This document shows, piece after piece, positions 44,390 through 53,852 of a stretch of 64,000 bases of DNA; positions within the stretch are counted from its first letter, which is position 1; each line of letters begins with the position of its first letter. The translations under genes were made by a program, and so were the position numbers. The stretch spans positions 119,814 through 183,813 of IMG/VR virus record IMGVR_UViG_3300042691_025398. One strand, given 5' to 3'. The stretch comes from a virus. Taxonomy: Duplodnaviria; Heunggongvirae; Uroviricota; Caudoviricetes. Under the pieces are notes generated by a model. It worked only from the letters and a program-made list of their open reading frames with translations, did no database searches and was not told the origin of the DNA.

Positions 44390-46657
44390 TTAGTTGGCTA
44401 AACCACCATCTAGCACAATTAAACCATCAGGCTCCACCCTATGAGTCTGTAGTGGCTGCACATCAAAAGTGATTTCTTGATCATAATCAATATTGATCTG
44501 GCAGTCTTTCAACTGTTCAAACAGTATGCGTCGGCTCAGTGGCACCCGCACCAGTTCGTCAATCTTGCGGCTCAAGGGTCGTGCACCCATCTTGCTGTCA
44601 TAGCCCTTGGCTGCTAGATGTTCCACAGCTGGTTCACTCAGTGTGATTCTAATGTTGTGTTTCACTAGACTGCTGCGCAGCTCGTCTACGAATTTCACCA
44701 CGATCTTCTTGATAGCCAGGGTATCCAGCTTGTTGAACTTGCAGATTTGATCAATACGATTGCGCAGCTCTGGACGGAAGAATTCACGCAGTGCACGATC
44801 TTCTTCGCCTGTGCGTTCAAGATCAACGCCAAAACCTATGTTGTTGTTTTCATTGTCACGCGAGCCTAGATTACTGGTCATGATCACAATGGTGTTCTTG
44901 CAGTCCACGGTTTTACCATTGCTGGAAGTGATGCGTCCTTCGTCTAGCAATTGTAGCATGATATTGATCACGTCTGGATGAGCTTTTTCAATTTCGTCAA
45001 ACAACAGTATGGCAAATGGATTCTTGTTTAGATCACTGATCAGCTTGCCGCCGCCCACGTTGCCATCTTCAAAGCCCACATAACCAGGGGGTGCGCCAAT
45101 CAAACTGCTCACTGTATGACGCTCTTGATATTCACTCATGTCATAGCGCAGCAGTTTCATGTCAAGATTTTGGCTCAACAGTTTGGCCAGTTCGGTTTTG
45201 CCTGTTCCAGTTGGACCAAGGAACAAGAAGCTGGCAATGGGACGGCCTGCCTTGGCAATGCCTGCAAAATTGATATAGATTCGTTCCAGCACAGAATCCA
45301 CAGCAGAGTCCTGACCATACAATGCGCTCTTGACATTGCTTTCCAGTGTCACGATGTTTTGACTGGATTCTGATTTCAGCTTGTCCACAGGCACACCACT
45401 GACCTTGCTCAACTGTGCTTGAATCATGTCTGCTGTGATTTCCACTGTGCCAGCATCACGCACACGCTCACGAGCACACGCAGCGTCTATGAGATCAATG
45501 CTTTTGTCTGGATTCTTTTTGTCATGGATATAACGGTCTGCCAGTTCAACCGCAGTGGTTATGGCCGCAGTGGAAATTTCCACATTGTGGAATTTTTCCA
45601 ATCTTGGGCTAAGACCTATGAGAATCTGTTCGGTTACTTCAGTGGTGGGCTCGTCCACGGCCAGTCTATAGAAACGACGCATGAGCGCACGATCTTTTTC
45701 AAAGCTTTCGTAAAACTCTTCCCAGGTAGTGGAAGCCACAACCTTGAGATTGCCCTTGGTAATAGCTGGCTTGAGCATGTTGGCCATGTCCAGTGTGCTG
45801 CTTCCGGAACTGCCCGCACCACGCATGGTGTGAGCTTCATCAATGAACAACACGCATTTCTTTTTGGTTTCCAATGCGGCCATGACCAGCTTGAACTTTT
45901 CTTCAAACTCACCGCGATACTTTGATCCTGCCAACAAACTGCCAACTTCCAAACTGAACAGCTCGTGATCCTTGAGAAACTCTGGCACACGATTGGCTGC
46001 CATTTCCTGTGCAAGTCCTTCTACAATTGCAGTTTTGCCCACGCCCGGGTCACCAACCATGAGCACGTTGCTCTTGAATCGTTTGGCCAGCACTGTGATC
46101 ATTTCGTCAAGCTCACGATCTCTTCCGATCATGGGCTCCAGTTGATTGCGATTGGCCATTTCAGTTAGATTCATGCAATACTCATTCAACACTTCGGCTG
46201 CTTGCTCAGAAGTGAGTTTGCTTTCGTCTCTAACCTGTGTTTTGTTATAGTGTTCAATGAATTCCTGTTTGCTCACGCCGTGTTTGAGCAAGAAATATTG
46301 AGCATGTGAATTGGTTTCCATCATGATGGAAAGATATATGTCAATCACGTTGGTTTGACGTCTACCTGTGAGCATTACAGAAGTAAGAGCTCGATTGAAC
46401 AAGCGTTCCAGTGCGTGAGTTTTCTTGGGTTGATCCGTGGAATTTCTGGCCACATTTTTTTGTGCATCAATATAAGCCTCCAGATCACTTTGCAGGCTCA
46501 CCACATCAGTGCCAAAGCGTTCCAGGATCTTGCGAAAATTGGGATACATCACCATGGCCAATAGCACATGTTCCACAGTGATATAAGCGTTCTTGCGTTT
46601 CTTGGCCATCTGGATCGCATGGTCAACGATTTTTTCAATATCAGGATTGGGAGTCAT
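44390..46657 (-). CDS. clpA: ClpA-type Hsp100 AAA+ unfoldase
   Basis: Clp N-domain, Walker A GDPGVGKT and GPTGTGKT, Walker B FIDE and LFDE, IGF ClpP-docking loop, no ClpB M-domain (755 aa). Confidence 0.88.
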   Translation of the reverse strand: MTPNPDIEKIVDHAIQMAKKRKNAYITVEHVLLAMVMYPNFRKILERFGTDVVSLQSDLEAYIDAQKNVARNSTDQPKKTHALERLFNRALTSVMLTGRRQTNVIDIYLSIMMETNSHAQYFLLKHGVSKQEFIEHYNKTQVRDESKLTSEQAAEVLNEYCMNLTEMANRNQLEPMIGRDRELDEMITVLAKRFKSNVLMVGDPGVGKTAIVEGLAQEMAANRVPEFLKDHELFSLEVGSLLAGSKYRGEFEEKFKLVMAALETKKKCVLFIDEAHTMRGAGSSGSSTLDMANMLKPAITKGNLKVVASTTWEEFYESFEKDRALMRRFYRLAVDEPTTEVTEQILIGLSPRLEKFHNVEISTAAITTAVELADRYIHDKKNPDKSIDLIDAACARERVRDAGTVEITADMIQAQLSKVSGVPVDKLKSESSQNIVTLESNVKSALYGQDSAVDSVLERIYINFAGIAKAGRPIASFLFLGPTGTGKTELAKLLSQNLDMKLLRYDMSEYQERHTVSSLIGAPPGYVGFEDGNVGGGKLISDLNKNPFAILLFDEIEKAHPDVINIMLQLLDEGRITSSNGKTVDCKNTIVIMTSNLGSRDNENNNIGFGVDLERTGEEDRALREFFRPELRNRIDQICKFNKLDTLAIKKIVVKFVDELRSSLVKHNIRITLSEPAVEHLAAKGYDSKMGARPLSRKIDELVRVPLSRRILFEQLKDCQINIDYDQEITFDVQPLQTHRVEPDGLIVLDGGLAN

Positions 46658-46680
46658 TGGGTTCCTTGGTAGTTTCTTGT

Positions 46681-46709
46681 ATTATATACAAATTGAGTTT
46701 AGTGATCAA
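46681..46709 (-). promoter_or_regulatory. sigma70-type promoter for clpA
   Basis: TTGATC-N17-TATAAT, followed by an AAGGA SD. Confidence 0.65.
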
Positions 46710-46729
46710 TGGTTTTGGTGTAAAAATAC

Positions 46730-47521
46730 TTAGCCACCAACTTCTTGTTGAATAGCAGCCATTAATTCTGGTGATACTGATTCGGGTAACTGAGCCTGTG
46801 CTCGCACCATTAGGTCTCCAGCACGACCCTGTGAGTCACGTAAGCCAAAGCCGCGTACTCGCAGCATGGTACCGGGTCGGGTGTGCGCAGGCACACGCAC
46901 TGTGAGTCGTTGATCGGTCAAGGTCACAATTGTAATTTCACCGCCTAATAACAGTGTCCAAATGCTCACCGGATGATCCAGTAGCAGTGTGGCACCTTGT
47001 CTTTGCCAGGTGGAATCTGGTTTCACACGAAACTGTACCAAAAGATCCGCACCGTTGGGAGCCATGCCTGTGTACTGCACAGTCTGCCCATCATCAATCA
47101 TGTTGGGAATTTCAATCTCCACTAGACTGCTGCCCGCTGACGTGGAAACGTTGAGAGTGCGCTTGCCGCCTTGAACCACATCACGCAGCGTTATCCATAA
47201 ACTCATGCGCACCTGTGGTCGGCTGTTGCGTCTGCCCATGTCAGCACCAAACATGCTGAATATTTGATCAAAGTCAAAACCACCTGGACCTGCGGCAAAA
47301 CCCGGACCAGCTTGAAATCTAAAGCCATTGGGTCTTGGGTTGTCATATTCTGCACGTCGTGCAGGGTCTCCTAGCACATCATAGGCCGCTTGAATTTCTT
47401 TAAAGCGTGTTTCATCACCGCCACGATCCGGGTGATGCTGCATGGCCAATTTGCGAAAAGCTCGTTTGATATCTTCTGGGCTGGCGTCCTTGTTGACGCC
47501 TAGTGTTTGGTAATGAGTCAT
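46730..47521 (-). CDS. class II J-domain protein (DnaJ/CbpA-like)
   Basis: J domain with HPD, G/F-rich linker, DnaJ C-terminal domains, no Zn finger. Confidence 0.9.
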   Translation of the reverse strand: MTHYQTLGVNKDASPEDIKRAFRKLAMQHHPDRGGDETRFKEIQAAYDVLGDPARRAEYDNPRPNGFRFQAGPGFAAGPGGFDFDQIFSMFGADMGRRNSRPQVRMSLWITLRDVVQGGKRTLNVSTSAGSSLVEIEIPNMIDDGQTVQYTGMAPNGADLLVQFRVKPDSTWQRQGATLLLDHPVSIWTLLLGGEITIVTLTDQRLTVRVPAHTRPGTMLRVRGFGLRDSQGRAGDLMVRAQAQLPESVSPELMAAIQQEVGG

Positions 47522-47522
47522 T

Positions 47523-47543
47523 AAAAAAGGCCCTGGGGGCCTT
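47523..47543 (-). terminator. Rho-independent terminator
   Basis: AAGGCCC-CCA-GGGCCTT stem running into a T-tract on the minus strand, directly before the dnaJ ATG. Confidence 0.6.
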
Positions 47544-47557
47544 GAATTTTTCCTAGA

Positions 47558-47749
47558 TTATTTCTTGCTAGGAATTTCTGTGCCCTCGAGTTTTTTATGT
47601 ATCTTCACGTCGCGGCACTTTTCAATTTCTTTCTTGGTTTTGGCATCTGTGGTTTTCACACAGACTTTTTTGGTTTCGGGTGCTGCATCACCTGCCAAGG
47701 CCACAGTGCTCAAGCACACAGCAGCAACAAAAGTTATGATTGATTTCAT
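47558..47749 (-). CDS. small secreted Cys-pair protein
   Basis: MKSIITFVAAVCLSTVALA signal peptide; GGAG SD. Confidence 0.7.
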   Translation of the reverse strand: MKSIITFVAAVCLSTVALAGDAAPETKKVCVKTTDAKTKKEIEKCRDVKIHKKLEGTEIPSKK

Positions 47750-47769
47750 GTTGGTCTCCTTTGAAATAT

Positions 47770-48063
47770 TTATTGAAACTGATACCAGTACGCGGCCCAA
47801 CACACAAGACCCACACAGAGTATCACAAACTCTATATAGCCTCTAGGATCCTCGGAAAATTCAGGCCACACAGCTGGTTCTATGACTTTGATTTTTTGTT
47901 CCGGAAACTTGCGATCAAACCAGGCCTGTGCTGTTTCTTCCTGGATGTGAGAGTGTGTTTCCACCTGGTCAGTGGCCTCAGCTGAAAATTCCAGTGTCTG
48001 TGCTGGTTGTGCTTTAGTTTGTGCCCAGCGTAGTGTTCGCCGGGGCATGTCCGGAAATATCAT
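47770..48063 (-). CDS. hypothetical protein with C-terminal TM helix
   Basis: YIEFVILCVGLVCWAAYW. Confidence 0.55.
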   Translation of the reverse strand: MIFPDMPRRTLRWAQTKAQPAQTLEFSAEATDQVETHSHIQEETAQAWFDRKFPEQKIKVIEPAVWPEFSEDPRGYIEFVILCVGLVCWAAYWYQFQ

Positions 48064-48301
48064 CTATCTGCTCCCAAGAGGGATAGTCATGCGGCCAAAG
48101 CAGATTAAACATGGTCAAATCCCTTGGTTGTGCAAAACTAACTTTAATAAAATCAATCCCACGCTCAACATCAAAGTCCAACGTGGGATGCCATCTTTGT
48201 ATACTGCGAAGCCGGTTTAGAATTTTGGTTTTACGTAGTCTATTTCTAGCCTGTTTAGTAAATCCAAAGTACACATCAGTTCTAAACAGGATCGCAGTCA
48301 T
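48014..48301 (-). CDS. hypothetical protein
   Basis: 95-aa ORF in operon. Confidence 0.55.
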   Translation of the reverse strand: MTAILFRTDVYFGFTKQARNRLRKTKILNRLRSIQRWHPTLDFDVERGIDFIKVSFAQPRDLTMFNLLWPHDYPSWEQIDDISGHAPANTTLGTN

Positions 48302-48304
48302 ACA

Positions 48305-49249
48305 TTATTTACGCTTGCCTACAATAGTATCGGCCACACGACGCTGGTTAGCATCAATGCTTTCACGTAGAGTAATCACTTCTTCGCGCAGTTCATTACC
48401 ATTTTCCTGCAGTTCTTGCAAGCTGTCGCCTAGACCCTGTGCAAATTCAGCCACTTCTTTAATACGCACACGATTGGCCTGAGCATCCTTGGCCAACAGT
48501 TGGCTCACTTCCATGGTCTGTTGAATACGCTGATCATTTGTAATGTTGGATGCCTCACGCATCATGTCACGCAGTTCGCCGTCCAACCACTGTGCATTTT
48601 CATCAGCCACGTCAGAAATAAACGCTGCCATTTCTTCGTTAGCATGATAGAATTTTTCCGAAGCTGCACCAATGTTTTTAATAGCAGTGGCCATTTCTTG
48701 TGCGATCTCGATCATGCGACGATTCATTGTGTTACGGTGTTGTAGGTATTCCAATTTGGTCTTGTTGATCATGCTTTCTTGGAAAGCTGCTTGTTCTGGT
48801 GTGTCTGGACGCAGCATGTTCAACTGCATCAAACGATTGCGATACACATCGTCTGTGGTACGCATGATCATTTCTCTGTTGCCGCCAGCATTGATAGCCC
48901 AGGATTGCATGGCGTCAGTGACGTTTTCTTCTACAATACTACGTGCTACCTGTGTTTGAGCCACGTTGAATTGCACATAGGCTTCTACGTCAAACGCACG
49001 CTTGGTTTGTTCAGCGATCATAACTGCTTGTGCTTCTGGGTCCATGGCTGCATGCATGCTCATGAATGAGCTTACCGGTTTGAATTCAAGTTCTTGCTCT
49101 TGCACAGCTTCTACCACACGGGTTTTTGCTTTCACTTTTGGTACAGGTTTCTTTGCCACAGTGCTTTTTGCAGTGGGCTTTTTCACTGCGGGTTTTTTTG
49201 CAGCGGCCTTTGCGGGTTTAGCTGGGGCAGCGGTTTTACGAGTTGCCAT
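48305..49249 (-). CDS. Lys/Ala/Pro-rich N-tail plus long coiled-coil protein
   Basis: MATRKTAAPAKPAKAAAKKPAVKKP...; AGGAG SD. Confidence 0.8.
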   Translation of the reverse strand: MATRKTAAPAKPAKAAAKKPAVKKPTAKSTVAKKPVPKVKAKTRVVEAVQEQELEFKPVSSFMSMHAAMDPEAQAVMIAEQTKRAFDVEAYVQFNVAQTQVARSIVEENVTDAMQSWAINAGGNREMIMRTTDDVYRNRLMQLNMLRPDTPEQAAFQESMINKTKLEYLQHRNTMNRRMIEIAQEMATAIKNIGAASEKFYHANEEMAAFISDVADENAQWLDGELRDMMREASNITNDQRIQQTMEVSQLLAKDAQANRVRIKEVAEFAQGLGDSLQELQENGNELREEVITLRESIDANQRRVADTIVGKRK

Positions 49250-49304
49250 ACGATCTCCTATAGGTTAACGGCATTGCCGGTCTGGTACTTATAGTATAGT
49301 TTTT

Positions 49305-49541
49305 TTATTCTGTATTTTTTTCCGAGCGAGTGAATCGGAATTTTTCAGCTGCGGTAAAACCCAGACCACCCAGCACAATATAGGTAATGGACTCTAGTGT
49401 GGCTGCACTCACTGTGAGTCCTAGAAATAGTTCGGAAATCACAATGGTGGCCAGCAGCAAAAAGGCCAAGAGCGTGATCACTCGTTTGCTGCTGGGGTTC
49501 TTTTCCTCTTCAGCCGTGAGCATGGCTATGAGAAATCGCAT
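49305..49541 (-). CDS. two-TM holin-like protein
   Basis: Two hydrophobic helices and a charged C-terminus, inside the lysis cassette. Confidence 0.5.
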   Translation of the reverse strand: MRFLIAMLTAEEEKNPSSKRVITLLAFLLLATIVISELFLGLTVSAATLESITYIVLGGLGFTAAEKFRFTRSEKNTE

Positions 49542-50006
49542 TTATCGCTCCGGATGCGGTGGCTCAGTAGGAGCCGGTTTACCACCAAATCCTGCTGTGA
49601 CCTGTGGTACAAAGTCACTTAAAGAAGGCATGGCTGGCGCAGTGAATGCAGCTGGTGCTGTGGCACGAGGTGCAGGTTCAGGTGCAGGGGCTGGAGGTGG
49701 CACATAGGGTTTGTTTGCAGATTCCAAGGCCTTGGCACGCAGATCTTTGTCTTCTCCTGCCAACATGATGCCTGACAGTGTGCCGGTCAAAAATGTTGCA
49801 ATGGGAATAATTAATTCAAAGAATTTACTGTCAACTGGTGAAATTTTATTTGTAGGCTGTGTGACAAATATCAAACTGTACAGTACCACAAACACAATAC
49901 CAAACAAGGTAAGTCCAAGAATAATACCAATAAAGAATTTCAACCTAGCATTTAATTCGTCTGTGGTGTATCTAGGTCCTTCCCACATGTCTTTAATCAT
50001 TTGCAA
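49542..50006 (-). CDS. two-TM membrane protein with Pro/Ala tail (holin/antiholin candidate)
   Basis: FFIGIILGLTLFGIVFVVLYSLIF and LIIPIATFLTGTLSGIML. Confidence 0.55.
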   Translation of the reverse strand: MQMIKDMWEGPRYTTDELNARLKFFIGIILGLTLFGIVFVVLYSLIFVTQPTNKISPVDSKFFELIIPIATFLTGTLSGIMLAGEDKDLRAKALESANKPYVPPPAPAPEPAPRATAPAAFTAPAMPSLSDFVPQVTAGFGGKPAPTEPPHPER

Positions 50007-50242
50007 TCTCCTTTAGGTGCAACCTCTGCGGGTGCTGCCGGGGCCGACGGTGCCGGCGTTGCTGACGAATTCTGTCCGTCAACATTGTATTTTAATAGAT
50101 CTTCTGGGCAGGTGCCATTGGCCACACAATAGGGCTTTTTGCACTGTTTTAATTCCCAGTTGTCTGGATCTTGGCAAGGATAACGATAGCGTTCTTCACA
50201 GGCCATTAATAACGGCAAGATCAAAAGTGCTAGATATTTCAT
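49997..50242 (-). CDS. small lipoprotein
   Basis: MKYLALLILPLLMAC lipobox; Cys-rich mature part. Start moved to 50242. Confidence 0.7.
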   Translation of the reverse strand: MKYLALLILPLLMACEERYRYPCQDPDNWELKQCKKPYCVANGTCPEDLLKYNVDGQNSSATPAPSAPAAPAEVAPKGDCK

Positions 50243-50243
50243 A

Positions 50244-50390
50244 CTAGCGTCCTTGTCCACGGTTCTTTTTATAACTGCGACGCTGAGCCTTGTTCATGCT
50301 GGAAGTCTTGATCTTGCGTCCACCTTGGCTGGTACGCTTGTGAGTGGATTCATGTGCGAGTTGTGTTGCGCTTTGTTTGATTTTGGCCAT
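50244..50390 (-). CDS. 48-aa highly basic peptide (below ORF-track cutoff)
   Basis: MAKIKQSATQLAHESTHKRTSQGGRKIKTSSMNKAQRRSYKKNRGQGR*; AGGAG SD. Confidence 0.75.
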   Translation of the reverse strand: MAKIKQSATQLAHESTHKRTSQGGRKIKTSSMNKAQRRSYKKNRGQGR

Positions 50391-50391
50391 G

Positions 50392-51006
50392 TTATGCTCC
50401 TAGTACATGCAAGGCATGATTGTAGTGTTTGATTCTATCATCAAGGCCAATAAATCCGCCGTTGATCTTGCGAGTCATGGTCTTGATATCATTTGCGTCG
50501 GCTTCTTTGTTTAGATTGTTGGTTTCCCAGAACCAACAGGCACTTTGAGCAGCGCCTTCAAAAGTGGCCATGTATTCAGCAGCTTCTTCTGGTGAGATTT
50601 CCAATGACGCAGCAAACCAGGAATAGTTTTCTTTGCCTGTGAGTTGTATCAGTCCGCGGCCACGATATCTAAAGCCATCACCCGAAGCTTCATCGCCGTT
50701 GCCCATGCGACTGGCATAGATTCTATTGGCAATCTTTTCTGGCTTTTTAGCATAGGCATCTGCGAGTTCACGTGTGTGAAAATACTTGGGGAAAGTCTTC
50801 ATGAGACTTTCTGCTTTGTAGTTTAGATTTTCTGTGACAAATCTAAATCCACCCGACTCGTGTGCACACTGTGCAACAAATGCTGCTATACGCTTGGGGG
50901 TATTGATTCCATAGTCTGGCAGCAGTTGCTTGAGTGCGCTGTGCCAGTTGTCGGCATAGGGTATGCCGTGTACCATTTCTTTGAGTTGATTGAGTGTCAG
51001 CTCCAT
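50392..51006 (-). CDS. GH19 endolysin
   Basis: FVAQCAHESGGF, ENLNY, YRGRGLIQLTG..NY and TRKINGG. Start moved to MELTL at 51006. Confidence 0.9.
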   Translation of the reverse strand: MELTLNQLKEMVHGIPYADNWHSALKQLLPDYGINTPKRIAAFVAQCAHESGGFRFVTENLNYKAESLMKTFPKYFHTRELADAYAKKPEKIANRIYASRMGNGDEASGDGFRYRGRGLIQLTGKENYSWFAASLEISPEEAAEYMATFEGAAQSACWFWETNNLNKEADANDIKTMTRKINGGFIGLDDRIKHYNHALHVLGA

Positions 51007-51066
51007 GCTAGCTCCCTTGTTATTGTTTGCCAATATTTAGCAAATCTTGGGAGAGAATGGGCTCAG

Positions 51067-51927
51067 CTATAATGTTAGTAGATTACAGATATCTTGTGTG
51101 AGTTTGGCTGCTGTGAGTAGATCATAATGATGATGATCACGTGCCCAGTCCAGGCGTTGAATTTCTGGTATCCATTTGCGATTGGCCGGCCAATTTTGTA
51201 CGGTACGTGCAATTTCTGGATCCGCGCTGAAGTCAGGAATGAATGAATGCACAATATCACAGTGACCTTGGACAGCCCACACCTGTTGCACACACTGTGT
51301 GAAATTCACAGTGTTTAATGTGGGATCTAACACTGCCTCACGTTCGGGAATGTCAATGCGTCGTTCTTCGTCGCCAATTGCGGTTATTTGCAAAAAATAA
51401 GGATCCTTAACAATTTCTCGCAAAATTCCAGCGGGCAACTGCTGCCTGTCTTGCCAGCTTACCTGCGCAGGCCAAGACCTATCACGCACATCACGATAAA
51501 AAGCCTGCCAACGCTGTTCAATCACATGATCAAGATCCTGGCTTTCTCTACGATGTGTGTAGCTCCATTGTATGACCATGCTCTGTGCCAGTCCACTGGC
51601 AAGTATTTCACAGGCTCTACGGCTGATCCAGGTGTTGCTGGCTCCGTCCATGCTGACGTTGATAGTGCGTAGACCAGTGCGCTGTTGCAGTAGATAGCAC
51701 CAGGTGTGTGCCAAGGGAGATCCAATGCCCACAGTGAAACTGTCGCCCACACACCAGATCACATGATCAAATGTGTCAGGCCACTCCTGATCACGAAATC
51801 CGCGACTGTTATAACGATATTCTATGGGATAGGGATAGGCTTGAAAATGCTGTGCATCATTGCAGTTTTCAAGTGTGTCCATGCCGGAAGTGGTCCAAAC
51901 TTCAGAGGCCCTGCTGGGCAACCGCAT
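51067..51927 (-). CDS. SGNH-like hypothetical protein
   Basis: WCVGDSFTVG, GASNTWISR, IQWSY and DWARDHHH; start uncertain (track gives 52032). Confidence 0.65.
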   Translation of the reverse strand: MRLPSRASEVWTTSGMDTLENCNDAQHFQAYPYPIEYRYNSRGFRDQEWPDTFDHVIWCVGDSFTVGIGSPLAHTWCYLLQQRTGLRTINVSMDGASNTWISRRACEILASGLAQSMVIQWSYTHRRESQDLDHVIEQRWQAFYRDVRDRSWPAQVSWQDRQQLPAGILREIVKDPYFLQITAIGDEERRIDIPEREAVLDPTLNTVNFTQCVQQVWAVQGHCDIVHSFIPDFSADPEIARTVQNWPANRKWIPEIQRLDWARDHHHYDLLTAAKLTQDICNLLTL

Positions 51928-51943
51928 GGTGGGAAACAGCGCA

Positions 51944-52210
51944 TCAGTAGGCAGACTCAAAGTTTTTCTTTTGTTCTGTGTACCACTGCTGCCATAGTTC
52001 ATAGCGTCGCACCAGTTCATGATAGCGGCCATAATTTTCAGCTGTGTTGTTGATCAACTGATCCAGCTCGGCCGTGCCAGCAGGCAATGGAACCAATTTG
52101 GGAGCAGGTTCCAGCATCACAGGTGCTGCTTCGGGAAATCGTTGTTTCACAGGCACCGGGGTTTCGCAGCCTGCTAGCATAATCATAAAAGGAATCAATA
52201 GATATTTCAT
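51944..52210 (-). CDS. o-spanin-like lipoprotein (Rz1-like)
   Basis: Lipobox MLAGC followed by a Pro-rich segment; coupled to the i-spanin-like gene. Confidence 0.7.
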   Translation of the reverse strand: MKYLLIPFMIMLAGCETPVPVKQRFPEAAPVMLEPAPKLVPLPAGTAELDQLINNTAENYGRYHELVRRYELWQQWYTEQKKNFESAY

Positions 52211-52659
52211 TTTGAGGCCTCCGGTGCTGTGATACTTTTGTTATACACATCAATTGCAGTGGGATTTAATTTACAGCCTTCATTGATGATTTCACGCTTG
52301 ACTTCAATTTCTTTTTTAACCACGTTCACACGCTGCTTGACCACCTTGACTCTATCCACATATTCAGTGACCACACGTTCGGTGATTTCTGGGGCTCGAG
52401 CTTCTGCTGCTCGCACTTTTTCTTCTGCCACTCGCACTCGTTCGCGCCAGACTATTTCGGTTTCATAAACACCGGTTAAATACACACCCGACAGCAACAG
52501 TATCACGCCTGTGATCTGTATGGGCAATCTATACATGTTGATAAATGGCACTATTTTCAACACACTGGCCACCACGGTGATCACAGCACCCGTGATCAAC
52601 AGTCCCAAGGCCAGAGCATACAACAGGCCATCAGGAAGAAATTGAATAATCCAAAACAT
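52207..52659 (-). CDS. i-spanin-like protein (Rz-like)
   Basis: N-terminal TM helices, periplasmic coiled coil and C-terminal Cys. Confidence 0.65.
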   Translation of the reverse strand: MFWIIQFLPDGLLYALALGLLITGAVITVVASVLKIVPFINMYRLPIQITGVILLLSGVYLTGVYETEIVWRERVRVAEEKVRAAEARAPEITERVVTEYVDRVKVVKQRVNVVKKEIEVKREIINEGCKLNPTAIDVYNKSITAPEASK

Positions 52660-52688
52660 TCCAGCACACCTCCCACTAAGTAATCACA

Positions 52689-53852
52689 ATGAACGTACTC
52701 ATACTTACTCCAGACCGTGTGGGCAGCACACTTTTGCAGCGTCTTATTACCATTTACATGCAGTTTCATGAATTTGATCAGCCCGTGATCAATCTACATG
52801 AATTAACCAATGGCATAATCAAATATTACAGTCCCCTATTCAATGCTGAAGTGTTGGGCAAGAGTCTGGATCGCGGAAAATGGGGATACTATCAAAGTCT
52901 GCCTGAAATAAGGGATTTACTAGACAGCGTGCCTCATTATAAAACCTCACGCTTGGCTCTGTATCATATTCGCAATCGTGAAGACAGCACAGCAGATCAA
53001 ATGCCATTTTATGAATATTTGAATGATAATTTTTTCATTATCAGTGCTCGTAGGCAGAATTTATTTGAACATGCACTCAGCTGGTGTATCTATGTGCGCA
53101 CCCGACAATTAAATGTGTACTCAGCAGAGGAGAAATTCCGCTATTTTGAAGATGTTTATCGTCATGGTATCCAGGTAGAGCGTGAGAATTTATGGAAATA
53201 TCTAGACAGCTATAGTGATTATTTGTCCTGGTGCGATCGCCATTTTCATGTGAACAGTTATTTTGAATACGAACGCGACATGGTGAACATTGAAAAATAC
53301 ATTGTGAATCTAGATATTTTCAAAAATCAACCTGCCAGACTCACCTGGAAAAGCATGTTTGATATAGAATTCACAGACTGGAATCGCTGTCATTATTTGA
53401 CGAGTGACATGAGCGGAGTGGGCTTACGTTTGGAACAGACCAAAACGCTGGCACTGCCTGCACCAGATGCAGATCTACCCGCGCCCTTGACCACAGTGCG
53501 TGATGTAGTGGCCAATCTCAGCACCAGAGATCAAGTGTTCTTGCGTGATCATGCCTTGACCTATAAAAAGAGTCAGCGGGCCATTGAAGAACTAGTGGAA
53601 AATAAAATATTAACCAGTAATGTGCCAATCAAACTACAGACCATGCTGGAAAAACGCATGCTCACACGCAACTTTGATCAAGCAGTGGAATGGTACAATC
53701 AGTGGGTTGACAGCCGTGGACTAGGCGAGCATTATACAGACACCGACATTGTGAACAGCAGTGAGCAAGAAATTCGTCGCTATCACGACGTGCCCTTGCT
53801 TGGTCATGATCAAACCAAAACCGGATCTAGCCAAATCCCTGACACTCTCTGA
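52689..53852 (+). CDS. P-loop sulfotransferase-like protein
   Basis: ILTPDRVGSTLL (5'-PSB-like loop) and IISARRQNLFE (3'-PB-like). Confidence 0.6.
   Translation: MNVLILTPDRVGSTLLQRLITIYMQFHEFDQPVINLHELTNGIIKYYSPLFNAEVLGKSLDRGKWGYYQSLPEIRDLLDSVPHYKTSRLALYHIRNREDSTADQMPFYEYLNDNFFIISARRQNLFEHALSWCIYVRTRQLNVYSAEEKFRYFEDVYRHGIQVERENLWKYLDSYSDYLSWCDRHFHVNSYFEYERDMVNIEKYIVNLDIFKNQPARLTWKSMFDIEFTDWNRCHYLTSDMSGVGLRLEQTKTLALPAPDADLPAPLTTVRDVVANLSTRDQVFLRDHALTYKKSQRAIEELVENKILTSNVPIKLQTMLEKRMLTRNFDQAVEWYNQWVDSRGLGEHYTDTDIVNSSEQEIRRYHDVPLLGHDQTKTGSSQIPDTL

Noticed and set aside
44390-46657. ClpB
   Set aside because: No coiled-coil M-domain, and the IGF loop is present.
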